From IMG/VR virus record IMGVR_UViG_3300022699_000278, positions 7,070 to 71,069 of that record: a stretch of 64,000 nucleotides of DNA. One strand, given 5' to 3'. Source of the DNA: a virus. A program made the translations under genes and the position numbers. Below, in pieces: positions 18,284 to 28,058 of this stretch (the first letter of the stretch is position 1; every line of letters starts with the position of its first letter). The notes beneath the pieces are model-generated. The model did not search any database. It was not told where the DNA came from and saw only the letters and a list, made by a program, of their open reading frames with translations.

Positions 18284-18617
18284 GCTTCAAACACAGCGAC
18301 CTGCCTGGCTCTGTTGAGATGCCGGTTACTACCGTATCAAACATGTCACTCGCCGTAATAAATCCCATAAGTTCGTTGCCAACGCCCTTTCCCCTGTCGT
18401 TCGGGTCATAAACAATAATATCGGTGAGCACCGTAACTACTTTCAGTTTTGTACTCCCATTATTTCCTAAGTGTTCATACTGGGTGGTAAGTATTGCCCT
18501 ACCGAGCACCTTTTTATTTTTGTCGATCACAGGAATATTTATCAACTGATCGACAAACACTGTTTCGACTTCAAGAAAATGGTCATTAACCTTGTACACT
18601 GATATGTTATTCATCAT
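18189..18617 (-). CDS. GNAT-family acetyltransferase-like protein
   Basis: DRGKGVGNELM acetyl-CoA motif A; LKHGFK motif B. Confidence 0.7.
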   Translation of the reverse strand: MMNNISVYKVNDHFLEVETVFVDQLINIPVIDKNKKVLGRAILTTQYEHLGNNGSTKLKVVTVLTDIIVYDPNDRGKGVGNELMGFITASDMFDTVVTGISTEPGRSLCLKHGFKQETVGKEKFLVWRSNGDDNGKTVGDTP

Positions 18618-20684
18618 TCACCTCCTCATCCACGCGGAATAATCCGGGCCTTCGGTAATAACTTTTCTTACGGGTCTGTAATCTCTTGGCCTCTGGATTA
18701 CCGGTTGTTGTTTTTTTCTTCTCCGTACTTCACTTAATATAAGCAGCAGGGCTTTTCCGAATCCATTTTTATCCGCTTCCGGTTTTCCGGCTTTCACTAC
18801 CCATAGTGCCACCGCTTTTCGTGCGTCTTCGAGGTTGGTGTGCATGATTATGTGTCCCTCGTTAAACATTTTCACGCCAATGGCGATAGCGCCGTATTCG
18901 TCGTATTTTTCGGGCTGTATAAGATACAATCCCTCTCTTGCTATCACATCCGCCAGAGGAGCGCGGTTTTCTTTCGAGGAGAATATTCTTTCGTTACCGT
19001 AAAACCGTATGTCTCTATCATCGTCGTACATTCCCTTGCGGGTTTGTGATTTTGCCACGATGGCCATAACATCAGGCTCCGGGTGTTCCCAATGGAATTG
19101 AGCATATACCCACAACTTATCCACATAATGTTGATAAACTGCGGCAAGCCCATCCACCGACAGATCGTCGTTCAAAACCAATGCTCCGAGGTGAAGTACG
19201 TCTATCATGAATACGCCGTTAAAGGTTGGGTCCATGAGTCTGTCATAGTTCCAATCTATTACGAATCTGGTGTTTATTTCCGTAGTCTGTTCCGACTGAT
19301 CCAGACTTTCGAATATTTTCTTAGGCCCGGCATAATACAACATGATGCAGCAGTCGGCTTCATCACATCCATTTCCAGTTCGTTCTTTATACTCTTTTTT
19401 CGGCTCAACTTTAAGCTTTCTTCCATTTCCAGGCCGCCATTCCCGTGTGGACAGTTGTTCTATGAGTTCTTCGTCATCCGGGAGTTCTATGGTTTCAATA
19501 ATGTCAGCCATATTAAACCACATTATTGTAGCTGAATCCTGGTATTGTTCATTTCCTGCACCGCCAAACAGACACGGAATAACCTCAATATTATCTTCCT
19601 CATTCAGCGCCAGCTCATCTCCAATGGGGCCACCGATTCCGTGATCATCGATCTTTATTTTCACCTTACTTTTTATTCCAGTTTTTCTCCGGTATTCTCT
19701 AAGCATTTTTAATGTGTGTCCAATAAGAACCGGTCCTTTTGTTTTCGGGAATTTCCTTATTTCGAGCGTTTTTAGCCCCTGTCTTATTCCAATGGTGGCT
19801 AAGTCGGTACCTTCTCGTGCCGGGTCTATTGCCATTTCGAGGTATTCTCCCGTAGGGACGTTTCTATCTTTCGCCGCGTGACAGTCAGCGAGAGTAATTA
19901 TAGCCTGCGGGTTACCGAGAGGTGGGAGCCCAAGAACATTAACCCGGAATATGTCCGATTCTCTCGGATGTCGGCACATTCTTTCGTACCACACCTTGTT
20001 TTTCCGGGCGCTGTCTTCCGTGGAAAGCCTTATACGGTGCCAGTATTTTTTATCCTTATAGTGTGTATCATAAAACGGGCCTGATGCGCGTGTGGGGTTC
20101 CCGGTCATTACAATTTTGTTCTCCGGGTCGTTCATTCCACCCAAAATGGCGTCAATAATTTCTTTTTCCATGTTTGAAGCTTCGTCCACAAGCCACAAAA
20201 CGTGTGTAGCATGCACTCCGCTGATATTTTCTTTGTCTTTCGTTGTCATCATCTGGCCGAAAGCATGCATTTCTTTGTCGGAGTTGTATATTCTTTCCCC
20301 GGTGAGGATCACTTTGTCTTTTACGTTGGAAAAATCGAGCCATTTTGCTATTTCGGCCCAGAGTGTCGCCTTCAAATTGTCGTATTTAGGTCCCGTGGCC
20401 ATTACTCTTGAATCGTTTCTGCTCCAGCACCACCAGATTGCGAGAAATGCGAGTGCCGTGGTCTTTGTTACACCCCTTCCAGAGTGAATGCTGATGTAAT
20501 CAAATCTGTTTACCGCATCGAGAATCAGCTTTGTCTGAGGCTCAAGTCGTTTATTTACCTTATCGGCCTTGATTTCTTCCGGAGTAAGCTTGAGAATCTG
20601 TTCCTGAACAAATTCTATGGGATGAAACATGTAATATGCGTATGCTTCGGGGGGGATTGTATCTGATACTCGTTTTTTAGGCAT
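18618..20684 (-). CDS. terL: Terminase large subunit with a C-terminal extension
   Basis: SGRGVTKT Walker A, LWLVDEA Walker B, MTGNP, AIDPAREGTD and DEAD nuclease motifs. Confidence 0.92.
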   Translation of the reverse strand: MPKKRVSDTIPPEAYAYYMFHPIEFVQEQILKLTPEEIKADKVNKRLEPQTKLILDAVNRFDYISIHSGRGVTKTTALAFLAIWWCWSRNDSRVMATGPKYDNLKATLWAEIAKWLDFSNVKDKVILTGERIYNSDKEMHAFGQMMTTKDKENISGVHATHVLWLVDEASNMEKEIIDAILGGMNDPENKIVMTGNPTRASGPFYDTHYKDKKYWHRIRLSTEDSARKNKVWYERMCRHPRESDIFRVNVLGLPPLGNPQAIITLADCHAAKDRNVPTGEYLEMAIDPAREGTDLATIGIRQGLKTLEIRKFPKTKGPVLIGHTLKMLREYRRKTGIKSKVKIKIDDHGIGGPIGDELALNEEDNIEVIPCLFGGAGNEQYQDSATIMWFNMADIIETIELPDDEELIEQLSTREWRPGNGRKLKVEPKKEYKERTGNGCDEADCCIMLYYAGPKKIFESLDQSEQTTEINTRFVIDWNYDRLMDPTFNGVFMIDVLHLGALVLNDDLSVDGLAAVYQHYVDKLWVYAQFHWEHPEPDVMAIVAKSQTRKGMYDDDRDIRFYGNERIFSSKENRAPLADVIAREGLYLIQPEKYDEYGAIAIGVKMFNEGHIIMHTNLEDARKAVALWVVKAGKPEADKNGFGKALLLILSEVRRRKKQQPVIQRPRDYRPVRKVITEGPDYSAWMRR

Positions 20685-21144
20685 TCAGTAGTCCTACATC
20701 GATGGTATTTATTTCGTCGATATTCCCCCCGTATACTTCAGCAACTTTGTCATTATACGCCTTGGCAGCGCTCATTTCTGCCACAAAATATCCTACAACC
20801 ATCCCCTTGAACTCTGTTTTCCACAGCCCATAGTACGCATCCCATTTTACGCCATTAAAATCACTTCTACCGTTACACCCATACCATTTAACCTGTTCTC
20901 CCCGCCAGTTCATCATTTTCATGTTGGCACGCTGCATATTGAGAGGATTGCCGTCCCTGAATGCCATTTTATAGTCTTCTGATATACCGGCAATCACATT
21001 GTGAAGATAGACAAACTCCTGAATCCCGGTTTGTGGACTGGACAGATGACGCCTGGCATACTTTAATCCACTGGTATTTGAAGTCAAAGTCCACTTATAT
21101 GGTGACAACCATGTATAAGAATCGTCATCCAAGAGAGCAAACAC
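20677..21144 (-). CDS. Degenerate HNH plus AP2-domain protein
   Basis: YLHNVI..FRDGNPLNMQRANM; SDFNGVKW...VGYF..EMSAAKAYN. Confidence 0.7.
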   Translation of the reverse strand: MFALLDDDSYTWLSPYKWTLTSNTSGLKYARRHLSSPQTGIQEFVYLHNVIAGISEDYKMAFRDGNPLNMQRANMKMMNWRGEQVKWYGCNGRSDFNGVKWDAYYGLWKTEFKGMVVGYFVAEMSAAKAYNDKVAEVYGGNIDEINTIDVGLLNA

Positions 21145-21248
21145 GTTCTGTGATAATAGTAGCGGCTTAATACTCGATTAACTCCTTACGACATTCTTTT
21201 GTTCAACGGCTACACCTTATGTGTAATGTACAAAAGGCTGAGCTATCC

Positions 21249-21524
21249 TTATTTATTTTTCCTTAAATTGTTCCGCCTGCAGTCCAGTGTATCTCCGTTC
21301 TTAAAATACACCCGTTCGCCACGCCCGGCTTTCGCTATAATCCTGTGAAGATACAGTTTCCTAACGGTACCACCCTTACGAATACCACACATAACATAAT
21401 AACCATAATTAAATTTTCCCCTATTAAGACACCACGTATGAGATTCAACAACCCTGCTATCCTCATCATCAATCTTAATCAGCTTCCCGCTTATGGTAAA
21501 AACTTTAATAATCACCACCCCCAC
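21249..21524 (-). CDS. Degenerate HNH endonuclease-like protein
   Basis: KIDDED, LYLHRII, YFKNGDTLDCRRNNLR. Confidence 0.7.
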   Translation of the reverse strand: MGVVIIKVFTISGKLIKIDDEDSRVVESHTWCLNRGKFNYGYYVMCGIRKGGTVRKLYLHRIIAKAGRGERVYFKNGDTLDCRRNNLRKNK

Positions 21525-21907
21525 ACACCAATCCTTCTACCAAACAATAACATACTATATGTTTCCATAAATATACAATAAAATGGGGCTGGCGTATTAT
21601 TTCTACCGGTCATTACCCATTGTAAAGTAATATTCTGTGGAAATTTAGACGCGGAGTTCGGAGAGGGTATATATATAAGTAAAAAGTTCCAGCGGTACAC
21701 CGGTAACCACCCCCCCCCGTACCCTCTAAGATAGGCAAATATTGCCTAGTAATAAACACCATAATAGTTGTAAGTTGTTGATATAATTGAGCTTTAGCGC
21801 TTAAGTTTACATAATGGTTTTTATGTGACATCTACATAAATATGCTGTTTTTGATACCATTTAGGCCACTTTTTAGAAGTTACAGATTATCCACATAGTT
21901 ATTAACA

Positions 21908-22633
21908 TTAATCTGTGTCTGGGGGGGTACTATTGGTACTAGTGTCAGCAGCGGGGGAAGCTCGATTGAGATTGTTATCTAATATCGTAACATCTGCTTG
22001 TACCTGGTTGCTCTGATGATGCTGCCAAGCTTTCGCAAATTCCGCTGCCGGGGATACCGTTATGTTGTTGTCAACTTCTACTTTATCACCATAAGCCTCA
22101 CGATTAATCTTACTCATTAACCACTCACGATGTCTCCACTTAATGTCAAACGCTCTGATCTTGTTACCTTGTTGTCTTGGATCACTGTCCTCGTCTGCTA
22201 CCGTGGTCTCTAAGTCCTTGATATCACTGCCCAATTTGTCAGCTATAGCGTGAGCCCGATGTGACATTGCTGCTTGCCACGACGTCAGCAACTCCGGAGA
22301 CAGCGACCTCCAATATCTCAAAGTTGCTGGTTTTACGCCATTTTTACTAATAATATCATCGACTGGCTCAGATGTAGTTGCTACTTGTAATATTATATTT
22401 TGCACTACATTTTGATCGTACGCTACGTGCGAGTTGTAATAATTAGAGACTGCTTGAGGTACGGAGAGATTTTTTATGTGCTGAGGTATATTGTCGTTGG
22501 TGTCGTTGGTGTCGTCGTTTTGACTATTGTTAGCGCTGATTTTTTTTTTATTTTTTTTAATTGTCATATAATTAATATACATATTATTACATAGTACGAT
22601 GTAATTTTTTGCAGTATCCCCCCAAACCCCCAC
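21908..22633 (-). CDS. terS: Terminase small subunit (Sf6-like); true start probably downstream of 22633
   Basis: HTH-like PATLRYW, DIKWRHREWLMSKINREAYGDKVEVD; upstream of terL. Confidence 0.75.
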   Translation of the reverse strand: MGVWGDTAKNYIVLCNNMYINYMTIKKNKKKISANNSQNDDTNDTNDNIPQHIKNLSVPQAVSNYYNSHVAYDQNVVQNIILQVATTSEPVDDIISKNGVKPATLRYWRSLSPELLTSWQAAMSHRAHAIADKLGSDIKDLETTVADEDSDPRQQGNKIRAFDIKWRHREWLMSKINREAYGDKVEVDNNITVSPAAEFAKAWQHHQSNQVQADVTILDNNLNRASPAADTSTNSTPPDTD

Positions 22634-22955
22634 AGTTTAAGCGTTAAAACTATGGTTATTTGGGCGGTATCCCCTGAGATTTTTCGCCACCCGCAGAAAG
22701 GCGGGACTGTGCCGTCGTGGCAACTCGACCCATCTGGTCTGTGGCGTGACGATCAACATCCCTGTTTTACGTCACTCAATGCTGCAGCCGTCGTGATTAT
22801 TGCCTGTTACTCAGCAATCCGGCTCGATGTACTATGATAACACCTGACAGCACCCGGTTATAATGTACTATAATTATCTGTGCTTGTCTATAGTTATTTA
22901 TAGACCTGTATTCTGACCTAGAATACACATTATCACACCTTGCAACATTTTGTTG

Positions 22956-22984
22956 TTGACAATGCAAGCGCTTGCGTGTATGTT
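22956..22984 (+). promoter_or_regulatory. Sigma70-type early promoter with a palindromic operator in the spacer
   Basis: TTGACA-N17-TATGTT; perfect palindrome GCAAGCGCTTGC at 22964-22975. Confidence 0.6.
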
Positions 22985-23045
22985 TAAGGTATAGCAAAAT
23001 CGGAAAAGCCGATAAATCACAATCACCACTAATCAGGAGGACAGT

Positions 23046-23633
23046 ATGAACAAATCAGCAACAAGGACAGTGACAATCAATGGTACAACTGACGTAACGA
23101 TATCCATATCCCGCAGTATTACAGATATTAAGGGCGATGGTTGGGAGACAGTTGACGACACTCTGTATATAGAGACGATCGCTGTCGATGCGACAAATCC
23201 TCAATCCGGCAAAATAGAGCACGGTACTGGTATAGATATCTTGCGCGAGGATAATAAGTTTGATGCAGAGTGGATAAAAAAAGGCGCATACGGGAGGATA
23301 AGCAATACTGGTATATATCTCGGCAAGACCTCTTATGATACAATTGCAGCTGCTTACAACAAGGTAAGCGTCGATGCAATGTATCCCGAGTGGCAAGATC
23401 ATATTGATAATGTCGCAACAGCGGCGCAAGCGATACAGATCAAACAAGCGGAGAAAGTCGTCAAAGCAGCGGAGAGGGAGATGCAGCATGGATCGCTCAT
23501 GAGCGATGCCGAGGTCATTTTGTGGCGTCGCAATTACAATAATGTACATAACGAGGGCGGTACGGGATATATACCTCATCACACATCAAGAGAGTCATAC
23601 GATATCGCTAAATCAGTGCTTGCATCTAGATAG
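23046..23633 (+). CDS. Hypothetical early protein
   Basis: Strong SD AGGAGG; C-terminal YNNVHNEGGTGY. Confidence 0.8.
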   Translation: MNKSATRTVTINGTTDVTISISRSITDIKGDGWETVDDTLYIETIAVDATNPQSGKIEHGTGIDILREDNKFDAEWIKKGAYGRISNTGIYLGKTSYDTIAAAYNKVSVDAMYPEWQDHIDNVATAAQAIQIKQAEKVVKAAEREMQHGSLMSDAEVILWRRNYNNVHNEGGTGYIPHHTSRESYDIAKSVLASR

Positions 23634-23681
23634 TATGTTGGAGTTACACGGCTAATCACAATCAACAAGGAGGACAGTATG
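23631..23681 (+). repeat. Early-region intergenic repeat, copy 1
   Basis: TAGTATGTTGGAGTTACACGGCTAATCACAATC...GGAGGACAGTATG; other copies at 24322-24379 and 25581-25605, 3' half at 23015-23048. Confidence 0.9.
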
Positions 23682-23999
23682 GACAACAACCTTAGATTAA
23701 GCACGATTGCTCTAAAAAATATAAATAATTTTATCGTCAAGAAAGTTTGTTCTGACGTAAAAAAAATCGGAGGAACAATATGGATGAAAGGAGGACACAA
23801 AAGAGCATACTTTCCAGATCTTTTTCCTACCGATTTAAATGTTGATCATATGCAACAAGCTTATAATCCGTACATTGATTTAATTTCCGGAAACTTTGTC
23901 TGTGATGTATCTAAAAGCGGTAATACTATGTCAGCAAGAGATTATTGGATTGCATATCGTGATTACATGACATCAACTCTAAATATTATGAGGCAATAA
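23679..23999 (+). CDS. Hypothetical early protein
   Basis: SD AAGGAGG; WMKGGHKRAYF motif. Confidence 0.75.
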   Translation: MDNNLRLSTIALKNINNFIVKKVCSDVKKIGGTIWMKGGHKRAYFPDLFPTDLNVDHMQQAYNPYIDLISGNFVCDVSKSGNTMSARDYWIAYRDYMTSTLNIMRQ

Positions 24000-24024
24000 C
24001 ACACAATTAACAAAGGAGGAGCTA

Positions 24025-24324
24025 ATGACAATCAGGATCAAAACTATAGAATCAGTCGAAAAAATAGGTGGCAGAATTATTGCTGATACAACTGTGTGGG
24101 ATTATCACAATAGCGGTCTAGGAGGCAAGGGATCAAATCTACGCAAAACAGTTAATGACATTTTTGCAAAAAATCCTGACATTACAACGATTTTGGCTAT
24201 ATGCGGTAAAAAAGGCAGGAGTCAACATAGCGCAACTAATGTACATGTTTTTGACGTTACCGATGTAGATACTGATAAGATATGGTTATACGACAAAAGT
24301 GCAAGACTTTTTCAACGGCAATAG
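24025..24324 (+). CDS. Hypothetical early protein
   Basis: SD AAGGAGG. Confidence 0.75.
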   Translation: MTIRIKTIESVEKIGGRIIADTTVWDYHNSGLGGKGSNLRKTVNDIFAKNPDITTILAICGKKGRSQHSATNVHVFDVTDVDTDKIWLYDKSARLFQRQ

Positions 24325-24379
24325 TATGTTGGAGTTACACAGCTAATCACAATCACAACAAAATCAGGAGGACAGTATG
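24322..24379 (+). repeat. Early-region intergenic repeat, copy 2
   Basis: TAGTATGTTGGAGTTACACAGCTAATCACAATC...CAGGAGGACAGTATG. Confidence 0.9.
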
Positions 24380-24853
24380 CGATCAGACAAACTAGGTAGA
24401 GCAATTGCACAGTATGATGGATTTAAGGGTCACGATACAGTAAGACACGTCATGAGCACCATCCCCGCTGATCTACAAGGGTCGGTCACAGGTAAGCAGC
24501 TCGGTATCATCATGTCGATCAGAAACGCAGCATACCAAGAGGGCAAATCTGCTGCAAATGACAATGACGGATGTGTATGGATTGATGAGGCTAATGACGG
24601 GGCTGGTGCATTGATCCCCAAATCGATACTGCCAATGATCAAAACGACGGAAACTGTTAAATATACAACCAAAAAAACTGACACACCCTCAAGCAGTTAT
24701 AATTTTAACGCACTGTATCGCGACGATGCGTGTACCGATCGAATAGTTGATTGTTTGGATGCACATTATATGCAAGAAAGAGGGGAGTGTGCATATTATC
24801 GTAACCAAGAGTCAATAATATCATATACTCTCAGCGCGGAAGAAAAGTTGTAG
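24377..24853 (+). CDS. Hypothetical early protein
   Basis: SD AGGAGG. Confidence 0.75.
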   Translation: MRSDKLGRAIAQYDGFKGHDTVRHVMSTIPADLQGSVTGKQLGIIMSIRNAAYQEGKSAANDNDGCVWIDEANDGAGALIPKSILPMIKTTETVKYTTKKTDTPSSSYNFNALYRDDACTDRIVDCLDAHYMQERGECAYYRNQESIISYTLSAEEKL

Positions 24854-24979
24854 AACAACAACCGGCTCCAGCCGGTTTGCTCTGCAGTGATCACCTCCAC
24901 GCGGTGCAGGGCGGGTAACGCTAACGATCACAGGTAACAATCCACAATAATTAATAATCTTACTCAAGGGAGGTGAAGG

Positions 24980-25207
24980 ATGTTTGATTTGATCCGAGAC
25001 GAAATACAGCAGGAAAATATACTCCTGCGTATCTACAAAACTGATAACGGCACTACTCCGTATCTGTTCCAGGCGCTGGATAACGATTGCGGTGAACGTA
25101 TCGAGTCATTACGTTGCCGCACTCTAGAACAGGCTGAACACCAGTATAATAAATACACGAGACTGTACAGCAGTCCCAGTCCCGTACTGCAGGGGGTACA
25201 ACAATGA
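24980..25207 (+). CDS. Hypothetical early protein
   Basis: SD GGAGGTG. Confidence 0.7.
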   Translation: MFDLIRDEIQQENILLRIYKTDNGTTPYLFQALDNDCGERIESLRCRTLEQAEHQYNKYTRLYSSPSPVLQGVQQ

Positions 25208-25422
25208 TACGCACGCTCAAAACAATAACACACAATGGTCACCTGGCTGTAGAGTATTGCAGAGACGGGGATCAGGTGGCAATAATCGTGACTAACCGAC
25301 CGCTGATTACCATGGCTGAATTGATCAAAATACTGGAAAACAATATACAGGATATTACCTGCATCAAAACAGCAATTGTATATAATAACGATAACCCGGT
25401 AGAGGTACAAAATGGTAGATAA
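25204..25422 (+). CDS. Hypothetical early protein
   Basis: ATGA coupling. Confidence 0.6.
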   Translation: MIRTLKTITHNGHLAVEYCRDGDQVAIIVTNRPLITMAELIKILENNIQDITCIKTAIVYNNDNPVEVQNGR

Positions 25423-25579
25423 CACCAACCCAAAAGACCCGGCAGCTATATCACTTGGACGGAAAGGCGGCAAAGCGGGCCGTGGGGACGACAAACGACG
25501 TTCCCCCGAACATTACCGCATGATGGTGGAGAGACGGGCTTTAAACCGCCTTAAAAAGCGTTTTTTGGATAACCAGTAA
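25412..25579 (+). CDS. Small basic protein with an AAxxLGRKGG motif (55 aa)
   Basis: MVDNTNPKDPAAISLGRKGGKAGRG...; SD GAGG. Confidence 0.6.
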   Translation: MVDNTNPKDPAAISLGRKGGKAGRGDDKRRSPEHYRMMVERRALNRLKKRFLDNQ

Positions 25580-25683
25580 ATAGTATGTTGGAGTTGCACG
25601 GCTAAATAGTATGAAAATGTATTTTTCTACGGGCTGGAACTAAATTGTTCCGGCCCTTTTGTTTTTATTATATATTACTTCGT

Positions 25684-26406
25684 ATGGAATCAAACATCAC
25701 CGCTGTAATACTCGCCGCTGGAATGGGAAAACGATTCGGGAGCGGGAATGATAAACCAAAAAGTATGTTGAAGGTGCACGGCAAAACGATCTTGGGTAAT
25801 ACTATCAATTTGCTTCACCGCCATTCAATTACAAACATCGTCGTTGTCGTCGGAGATAAACGGGATTACATTATCGACGAGTATGGCGATAATGTGCTGT
25901 TCGTTACAAATCCCAAGTACCGGACAACCAATACCGCTAAAAGTCTACTTAAAGCCCTTGAAAAACTTAACCTGAATTCTGATGTCATATGGATTAACGG
26001 TGATGTCATGATGGAATCCGCCGTTGTTGATCGTATAGTATCCTGCGGGGAAAATGCCGTCTGCGTGAACACATCCAAGTGCGGGCCTGAAGAAGTTAAG
26101 TACACCACCACCATCGATGGCGAGGGCAACTATATAAAACACCTGTCAAAGCATGTGAAAAAACCCGAAGGGGAAGCTGTCGGTGTCAATAGAATAAATG
26201 CACGCCACATCAGCAAGCTTATCTCTTTTCTGGAAAAATGTAAAAAACAGGACTATTTCGAAGCTGCTATAGAAAAGATAAGTCTTTCCGCTCTTACGGA
26301 CTCTCGATTTATTGCTCTGGATGTATCTGATTGTAATATTATCGAGATAGACTTCCACGAGGACCTGGTTGCCGCTGAAAAAATGTTTCGAGATTGCGAA
26401 AACTGA
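25684..26406 (+). CDS. LicC-like (phosphocholine/phospho-X) cytidylyltransferase
   Basis: AVILAAGMGKRF, KPKSML, NPKYRTTNTAKSL, INGDV, YFE, EIDFHEDL. Confidence 0.85.
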   Translation: MESNITAVILAAGMGKRFGSGNDKPKSMLKVHGKTILGNTINLLHRHSITNIVVVVGDKRDYIIDEYGDNVLFVTNPKYRTTNTAKSLLKALEKLNLNSDVIWINGDVMMESAVVDRIVSCGENAVCVNTSKCGPEEVKYTTTIDGEGNYIKHLSKHVKKPEGEAVGVNRINARHISKLISFLEKCKKQDYFEAAIEKISLSALTDSRFIALDVSDCNIIEIDFHEDLVAAEKMFRDCEN

Positions 26407-26536
26407 TTATCATCACCGGTATTTTATCTTGATACAGCAAAAGGAACGGAAGTTTCTCGTCCCTGTGATTAATAAAATCCTGAGGGGTTTGGATTCTATC
26501 CGCGCCAGTCGTCCACGACTGTCATTTTTCCGTTTC

Positions 26537-26797
26537 TCACAGTGTGGCTCCGTGTCGTTTGTTCAACCGCTGGATACGCTTTACAATTGCATCCAATTCA
26601 AAACCATATACCTTTATTTCCTGTTTTTTTAAATACTCACGCAGTTTTTTACGGAGTTCTGCAGTGTATGATCCAGGCGGTCCTTTTCTTTTCGGACTAA
26701 AATGCGTACAATCTTCTGCCCTAATACCTTTACCGTAACCAGCATAACCCGGACAATTATATTCTCTATAATGTATGCAATCGCGGTGAAGTTTCAT
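26537..26797 (-). CDS. Hypothetical protein
   Basis: ATGA-coupled to the XRE gene. Confidence 0.55.
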   Translation of the reverse strand: MKLHRDCIHYREYNCPGYAGYGKGIRAEDCTHFSPKRKGPPGSYTAELRKKLREYLKKQEIKVYGFELDAIVKRIQRLNKRHGATL

Positions 26798-27084
26798 TTT
26801 TTACACCCCGCAGCTTCCTTGATTTTGCGTTTTACATCCTCAAATTTATTCCCCGAAATAATCAGTGACCCGGAACAATTAATCCAGTCCGGATTTATGC
26901 CAAAGCCCTCCAGCATGTAACGATGAGGGGTAGTATATTTAGGCCCCTCTTTTTCCCAGTTGATAATGGTTGCCGGGCACACCCCGAAAGCGGTTGCAGC
27001 CTGAGTAATATTTAGATCGAATAGTTGCCGCATTATCCGGAACATCTCGGCTGGCGTTCCTGTTATTTGTTCTGTTGTTTCCAT
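26794..27084 (-). CDS. XRE/Cro-like HTH regulator
   Basis: LNITQAATAFGVCPATIINWEKE; FGINPDWI. Confidence 0.8.
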   Translation of the reverse strand: METTEQITGTPAEMFRIMRQLFDLNITQAATAFGVCPATIINWEKEGPKYTTPHRYMLEGFGINPDWINCSGSLIISGNKFEDVKRKIKEAAGCKK

Positions 27085-27455
27085 TGCTTTTTTCCTTTCC
27101 TACTAAATATATTCATTTTATTTTCATAATTCAAATTTTATTTTATTATTTTTATATGTTGAGTTTTTTGTTCAATTTGCGTATATTTAAGGGTAATGAA
27201 AAACGAACATTCCGACATGCTACTCGAAATAATAATCGGTATCATTTACGGCACTGTTATTTGCGGGGTGCTGTGGGTGATTTGTGAAAACAGATAAACA
27301 ATTCGTGCATTATCCATTATTTTATATTAAATTATTAGTATGCGTGCAACTAAACCTACATTTTTGATTATATAGTAGCCGGAAAAGATGCTCCCTAAAG
27401 CATCCCCTCGCGGTCGCCGGAGCACGCCCGGTGACCGGGGCCGGTTTTATTTATT

Positions 27456-28058
27456 ATGCATCGTGGATATATAAAACTTTGGCGACGGTTAATTGACTGG
27501 GAATGGTTCACCAGTTCAAACACTGTTCACCTGTTCTTATTTATGCTTTTAAGTGCAAATCATAAAGATGGAACATGGAGGGGGATATCGATAAAACGAG
27601 GTCAATTAATAACCGGAAGAAAATCGTTGTCTGAAAAAACCGGCCTTTCTGAGCGCTCAATACGTACATCTTTAAAAAGGCTAAAATCGACCAGCGAAGT
27701 GACCATCAGAACGACCAACAAGTTTAGTATCGTAACATTATGTAATTACGATATATACAACCCAGAATCAATAGAAGGTGACCAGCAAAACGCCAGCACA
27801 GCGCCAACAAACGACCAGCAAGCGACCACAAACAAGAATGATAAGAATGAAAAGAATATAATACCACCAATTTTTGAGCACGTTTCAAAATACTGTGAAC
27901 AGAGGAAGAATGATGTTGATGCTCGAAGATGGTATGATTTTTATGAATCTAAAAATTGGATGATTGGAAAAAATAAAATGAAAGATTGGCATGCAGCTGT
28001 AAGAACATGGGAAAAGAAAAAAAGGCCAACAAACAAACCCAAAAGAATAATACAATGA
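27456..28058 (+). CDS. Phage replication initiator (replisome organiser)
   Basis: GYIKLWRRLIDWEWF, IKRGQLITGRKSLS, C-terminal FYESKNWMIGKNKMKDWHAAVRTWE. Confidence 0.85.
   Translation: MHRGYIKLWRRLIDWEWFTSSNTVHLFLFMLLSANHKDGTWRGISIKRGQLITGRKSLSEKTGLSERSIRTSLKRLKSTSEVTIRTTNKFSIVTLCNYDIYNPESIEGDQQNASTAPTNDQQATTNKNDKNEKNIIPPIFEHVSKYCEQRKNDVDARRWYDFYESKNWMIGKNKMKDWHAAVRTWEKKKRPTNKPKRIIQ
27688..27833 (+). repeat. Iteron-like repeats (putative ori) inside the initiator gene
   Basis: Multiple (C/T)GACCA(G/A/T)C units followed by A-rich tract, as in lambdoid O-type origins. Confidence 0.55.

Noticed and set aside
27377-27447. tRNA gene
   Set aside because: Size is similar, but there is no TTC T-loop, 7-nt anticodon loop or cloverleaf geometry; kept as a structured leader.
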